Of a stretch of DNA of 64,000 bases, positions 59,201 through 64,000 are shown piece by piece. The notes beneath the pieces are model-generated. The model made no database searches and had not been told where the DNA came from. It saw only the letters and a list, made by a program, of their open reading frames with translations. A program made the position numbers and the translations under genes. Source of the DNA: Pavona decussata (lineage: Eukaryota); the NCBI GenBank assembly GCA_977016875.1, contig CDRNST010000060.1:6262001-6326000 (forward strand). Reading direction: 5' to 3'. Within the stretch, counting starts at the first letter, position 1, and every line of letters begins with the position of its first letter.

Positions 59201-61846
59201 ATTCAGTTATATGTAGGGTCCCTTTATTTTGGACTTAGCATTGATGAATGAAACCCATTCTTCTGGTAGTCATGTTCTGCAAAGTTGGATCTATTTGCAA
59301 TGCTTGCCAGGAATTCGTTAGTTAAACAATGTTTGATGAGCTTCCCTAACAAATCAAACGTTTGGGTAAACTCTAAGAAAAAATTAACTTTGAAGAACTT
59401 TCAGAGATTTTTGATGGAAATGAAACTTTTTTCAACATTATCATATCACATCACATCACATCACATCACATCACATCATATCACTTAAGGGATTTTTTGC
59501 AATCCTTAATTACACGTCGATAGGGTTTCATCATATCTTACAGCGAGTGAACAGTACCGTAACGTTTTGGAACTGGACACGAGAGAGGTTGGTCCCAGGC
59601 GTTTTCTTGTCAGAGTGGTACAACGAACAACAAGTCACGTTTGAGGAAGGCTTCATTAGCAGTGGATATCCATTCCTAGTGGGCATGCCTAGACTTCGGC
59701 AGATCAGAATACAAACAGGTAAGACTATCGTATTCGTTGGTTCCATTAAAGTGCGTACGAAAATCAAAACGTACATTACGGCTATTACGGTTAAGAATAT
59801 TTTTATAATTCTCCCTATAGAATAAAACTTACTGTAAGAGCATAGAGTATTGGAAGCTAACAAGCGTGTGGAGTAAAGTTTGAAAGCTTTTTTGCCACTA
59901 GACATTATCTTCTTTCTCGGAACTCACAGTTTCCTTCAAGTGTTTTTTTCCAGGACTACGGTCGGAATCGATTATGTTTGCGGACAAATATTTAATACTT
60001 TTCTCCCCAGATGGTGTTACTGTGATCGATTTATCATGATGCGAGTACTAAAAATGTTTCTTAAATTAGTTGTTAAAATATAATGGAAGAAATGCGACCT
60101 TTTACCTGTAATTGTTTAATTGACCTCATGATTTGGATTGTAGATTCCTGTAAAGTTGAAAACCTCATTGGAGTGAGACGATGTTTGCCTTTTTACAGTT
60201 CCAAGATGGAGGATAAAACTCAATACAACCTACGTGACTGGACACCTGTAAATAATATCAGCGTATTCCAGGCTTCATTTAAGCTGGATGATTTGTGTCC
60301 TAAGCCTTGGAGATACCAGACAGCAGAAGCCTTGGACACTCTCTCCTTTGGCGGGTTTTACGCCATTTATGACGGTGGTGGTTACGTTGCTGATCTTGGT
60401 TATAATGCTAACACAGCTCTTGGCGTCATAGATAACTTGGAAAAAAGCGGCTGGATAGATGATAGAACTGTTGCAGTTTTTGTGGAGTTTACGGTCTATG
60501 AACCTTCAAGCACACTCTTCAGTGCTTTAAAGTACCTCTATGAGAAGTACCCAACTGGAGGAACGAGGGCAACGAGTAGAATTGACACCTTAATGATATA
60601 TTACCCAGTAGATCCAAACTTCAGGACATTTTATCTAATATGCCAGCTTCTTTTGGTGTTTCTAATATTCGGATTGTTTATGGTGGAGATAGTAAAACTA
60701 TATTTGCAAGGATGCAACTATTTTACTCACATTTGGAACTTGGTAGAAATTTTTCATGTCACCAGTGCGATAGCAGCCGTGAGCCAGTACTTCTTCAAGG
60801 CAAAGTACACAAGCGATTATGTGCGGCGAGTTAAACGAAATCCCTTTGAGACTTCAAGCTCAGATTACATCGTTCTGTGGTGTAATCTCGAAATATGGCT
60901 TTTGTCCTTCGTCGTCTTTCTCGTGACTATAAAAATGTTGAGGCTAATAAAGTTTAATCATCATATCTGCCATTTGACACACACGGTGAAATCAGCAGCG
61001 AGACATTTGATTTCTTACTCGGCTGTGTTCACTGCCACACTCCTCGCCTACACTCATTTGGGAACTATGCTTTTCGGAAGCAAGGCATATTCCTATTCAA
61101 ACATGGCCAGGTCTATTAGAATGCTCCTTGAGAGACTTCTGGGAAATAACATGTACACCAAGGAACTCCAAGCAGCAAATGACATTATGGGTCTGTTATT
61201 TACGTTTGCTTACTCATTTTCCTTTGCCATGATCTTGATCAACATGTTTTTGAGCATTCTGCACGCATCCTATATCGAAGTCAGACTCCTAAAGAAGGGT
61301 CACTATCCTGACGCCGAATTGGCTCAGTTTGCTTGGCGCTACTTCCTCCAAAAGAGTGAAACATTTTGGTATAATGCAAAAAGTTTATTTAGAATTAGAA
61401 ACTCAAATGAGCCCAAATTAAGGCGTAAGAGAGGCAGAGCAAAGTACTTTAGTACTCGTAAGGCAAATGTCTTAGATGATTCTGACACCTTCTTTTGCAC
61501 GAAGTACGATGAATATCGGAGTGTATTCTATCTTCATTCAGAAATCACACCGGCCGCAGACTTCCGATGCCTCTCAACTGGAGAAATACGATTTGAGAAA
61601 CCAATTATCGACGATTTTGACGGCACCGATATTAATTTGGTGGACGAGTATTCTTCGCTAAGAGATATAAAGAAAATTTTGCTACAAATGGGAACATCTG
61701 TCTTCATTAACAACTATCAGCGGAGCTCAAGTCTGAGCGATGAAGATGACGACGATAAAGATGACGCTGGGTTGTTGAAAAGTGAATGGAGCGACGGCTC
61801 CGAAAGCGATCAAAGTTTCTTTGATGTTAGCATGGCGTATATTTAA
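44266..61846 (+). CDS. Polycystin-1-like (PKD1L2/REJ-like) protein, gene C, complete, about 2385 aa, same architecture as gene B
   Basis: Coding exons 44266-44356, 44496-44827, 47530-47671, 48290-48405, 48904-48962, 49328-49479, 49811-50492, 50907-51534, 51950-52120, 52718-52768, 52869-52994, 53643-53834, 55147-55432, 55880-56613, 57228-57464, 57857-59137, 59544-59718, 60144-61846. Total 7158 nt; several exon lengths match gene B exactly (91, 142, 59, 126, 237, 175 nt). Confidence 0.9.
44496..47671 (+). CDS. Gene C F5/8 type C domain (exons 44496-44827, 47530-47671)
   Basis: CRSPLGMESGAIPDSALMASS...VVTGIATQGYG...FTGNNDSN...GLRMELYGC. Confidence 0.9.
46518..47022. mobile_element. Inverted pair of a tRNA-Thr(AGT)-derived repeat in gene C intron 2
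   Basis: 46518-46750 is the reverse complement of about 46778-46982; cloverleaf-like module at 46577-46648 (minus) with anticodon loop CTAGTAA and a mutated B box. Confidence 0.85.
49811..51534 (+). CDS. Gene C REJ module (exons 49811-50492, 50907-51534)
   Basis: IVLDASDSHDPD, CNGNC, CFVQPYEGYAVETTFNITCVGWQDEDKPLKYEF, LPIG. Confidence 0.85.
55880..57464 (+). CDS. Gene C GAIN-B/GPS and TM1 (exons 55880-56613, 57228-57464)
   Basis: CLYWSEDREEWTNEGC...HCLCNHL|SAFGG followed by TM1. Confidence 0.9.
57857..59137 (+). CDS. Gene C PLAT plus TM2-TM6 exon
   Basis: ORF 57848-59251; IRMWHDNKGDSPGWF; FTRTQRLSCC. Confidence 0.93.
59441..59484. repeat. (ATCAC)n pentanucleotide microsatellite
   Basis: About 9 units, directly visible. 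Confidence 0.9.
60144..61846 (+). CDS. Gene C terminal exon: TOP domain, polycystin channel TMs, acidic C-tail
   Basis: ORF 60083-61846; YDGGGYVADLG, KMLRLIKFN, INMFLSILHASY. Confidence 0.93.
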
Positions 61847-63589
61847 TGACCTTGCGCAAAGGGCTGTGTCTTGCTTTGGGACACTTTGTCAATCTCCTTC
61901 TATTGATAACAAAGTTCTTAAACTTTGCACAAGAAATAAGAATGCGTGCATCAACTGTTAACACACTGAGCAGCGAATCTGTATTCACCCTAGTCCTTAT
62001 GTTATTCAAATTTAAAAACCCCCATTGAACACAATTGGAATTAACCAAGGTTAACCTCAGATATGAAGCATTTAAAAATATCATATACAAGTAGAAAGTA
62101 GAAGTAGGAAATGACACGCATTCTTTTATAACCTGATGCAAAGACAAGAATTCAAAGAAGTCTGGAACAATTTAAAAGTTGATTGTAAACATTATATGTT
62201 ACTGGCAGGATTTAAGCCCTTTCGAATTAACTCTTGCTCATGGTTTCCATCGGGAAATGTTAGAATTTGTAATTTTGCACTTTTCGTTGCGAAATAAAGC
62301 CTGTGATATGATACGAAATCTGTGAAATGCAAATATGGAGGACAAGAGAATGACATGCCTTACTATTAGATTTTTTCTTTCAGTTCGCTGGCAATGCCAT
62401 TGTCGGTAGTATAGTAATGACCCTTTAGGCCTTTTTTTTTTGCGGTGAAAGCTCATTACATCATTTTGGCCAGAGCACGCAGCCATGGATTTTTCTCGAT
62501 CTTCTTGTACTCCAGCTAATTACCCTCGCGCTCACGGTAATTGCGGATGTATTGTTATTGTTTGGCTTCGTCGTCCCCCATACAACCAAGCCAACCGCTG
62601 GTTTCTAGTTTAATGTTTAGCAATATGAGCTTATTTAAGGCAGCTTTGACAATTATGATTGAGGACGTTAACAACATTCCCACCATTTTAACTGAAAATC
62701 TAGTGCCTGAAGGCACTGTACCAACCAGCTCAGCTTTTGTAAGTACCAGAAATACAAGTCCGCTAATAATCCGCCAGTTCCATGTTGTCGTCCGTCAAGT
62801 GCTCGCACCCGTAGGGGAACGTTTGGCAGGTGCTTTATTCCATTACCCATTTACTATACACCAGTGGTACATTTTGTAATCGGGATTGATTGACAGCGTT
62901 TAATGTTTAGAATCCCTGGTAGCCTGGAAGGACTTGACAATGTTTGTCTGGCCAGGAGTGGAGACAGGCGGTCGAATCTCATGGGGAACGTTTTGGCGGA
63001 AACTTTACACTTTGCACTCTGCATTCTTGTTTGCCGCGCTTGGTGTGGTATCCGTAGTTTTTAGGCCCTCCGACACAAACTCCAAGATGTAATCACCTCC
63101 TCTATCTCGTTCGTAAAGTCGTCCAGTTAATCCTCGAGGACAGGATCGGGCAGTGAAGACGATGGACGAAGATCACTGAGTCGGTTTAGTAGTCCCCGTA
63201 CAAACGCAAACGGGCACACACAGCATTGTAGTGAAATACGCCAAAAAGATGTTGAGGTTGGGCGAGATGTGATCGTCCACCACCCAATGTTTGTAATAGA
63301 TTTCGATGTGGCTATCATGCAAAGAGCTGATATAACGTCACGACAAGTCCAACAACTAGTAACAGTAAAGGAGACAGGGTTTTCATTTGAGACCGGAGGC
63401 CGGACGTTTCGTCCGGTCGTTTGCCATTCCACGTCCGGTACTTTGAGACCAATATTGGCGATATTTTTACTACTGTATTATATATTTTTCTTACTAAGGC
63501 ATCTCATGGACATACTGACTAGAGGATAACAGAATAATGATAAGCCAATGAAAATTCTGTTGTTGCCATTCTCCCTCCCCCTCCCCCTA

Positions 63590-63861
63590 CCAACTGACCA
63601 TTTTCATTCAGTAATTTACTTTTTACAGAGAATTTTAGTGAGCGCTAGCATTGCCTAGGAAACTGTTTCCTTGGTTCCAGAAACGCTGGAAATGGCGTTT
63701 CTGAGTAATTCTATTTTAAAAATTTCCTGGGGGAGCATGCCCCCAGACCCCCCTAGGTGCTTGCGCCTTCCACACTCGCGAGGTGCCTTACGGCGCCTAG
63801 AAAACATTCACGTCCGATGCTTTCAAATGTCCGCTACTTTACAAAACAGTTGAAAACCCTG
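63590..63861. mobile_element. Partial MITE/hAT-like element
   Basis: GGGGGAGCATGCCCCCAGACCCCCCTAG motif and a terminus ...GAAAACCCTG (CAGGG on the minus strand); the other end is not evident. Confidence 0.45.
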
Positions 63862-64000
63862 AGGAGATCGTCAAGTCTTAATGGGTGACTTACCGAACTT
63901 GTCCAAGATTCAATTGAGCATCATCTTGGCCAGCGCTCGCAGACCCGAGGAGTCCTTAATGCTACCATACTGCAAACGGATCTCCTTCTTCAAGAAGACT

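Overview
AT-rich, intron-containing animal genomic DNA; the repeat content and gene family suggest a cnidarian, probably a stony coral (inference). The window holds a head-to-tail tandem cluster of three + strand polycystin-1-like (PKD1L/REJ-family) 11-TM receptor-channel genes. Gene A has only its last three exons here (254-5046). Gene B (CDS 16831-38907, 18 exons, about 2350 aa) and gene C (CDS 44266-61846, 18 exons, about 2385 aa) were reconstructed by hand with GT-AG junctions and consistent phases. B and C share an unusual ectodomain: signal peptide, F5/8 type C (discoidin), SEA-like, REJ, GAIN/GPS, followed by TM1, PLAT, TM2-5, TOP, a six-TM channel domain and an acidic tail. Highlights: (1) a conserved pair of furin-type sites, each followed by Ser-Cys, that would excise an 11-aa peptide just upstream of the GPS; (2) PKD2-like pores with paralogue-specific filter and gate residues; (3) class I PDZ-binding C-termini in A and B; (4) a duplicated signal-peptide exon in B whose first copy has an out-of-frame ATG; (5) intron differences between B and C. 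Introns and spacers contain a Crypton-like relic with a terminal palindrome, two abutting TTAA Kolobok-like elements, Penelope-type ends with decayed hammerhead cores, tRNA-derived repeats and LINE fragments. There is one 164-N assembly gap. All family assignments are from motif recognition; no searches were run.
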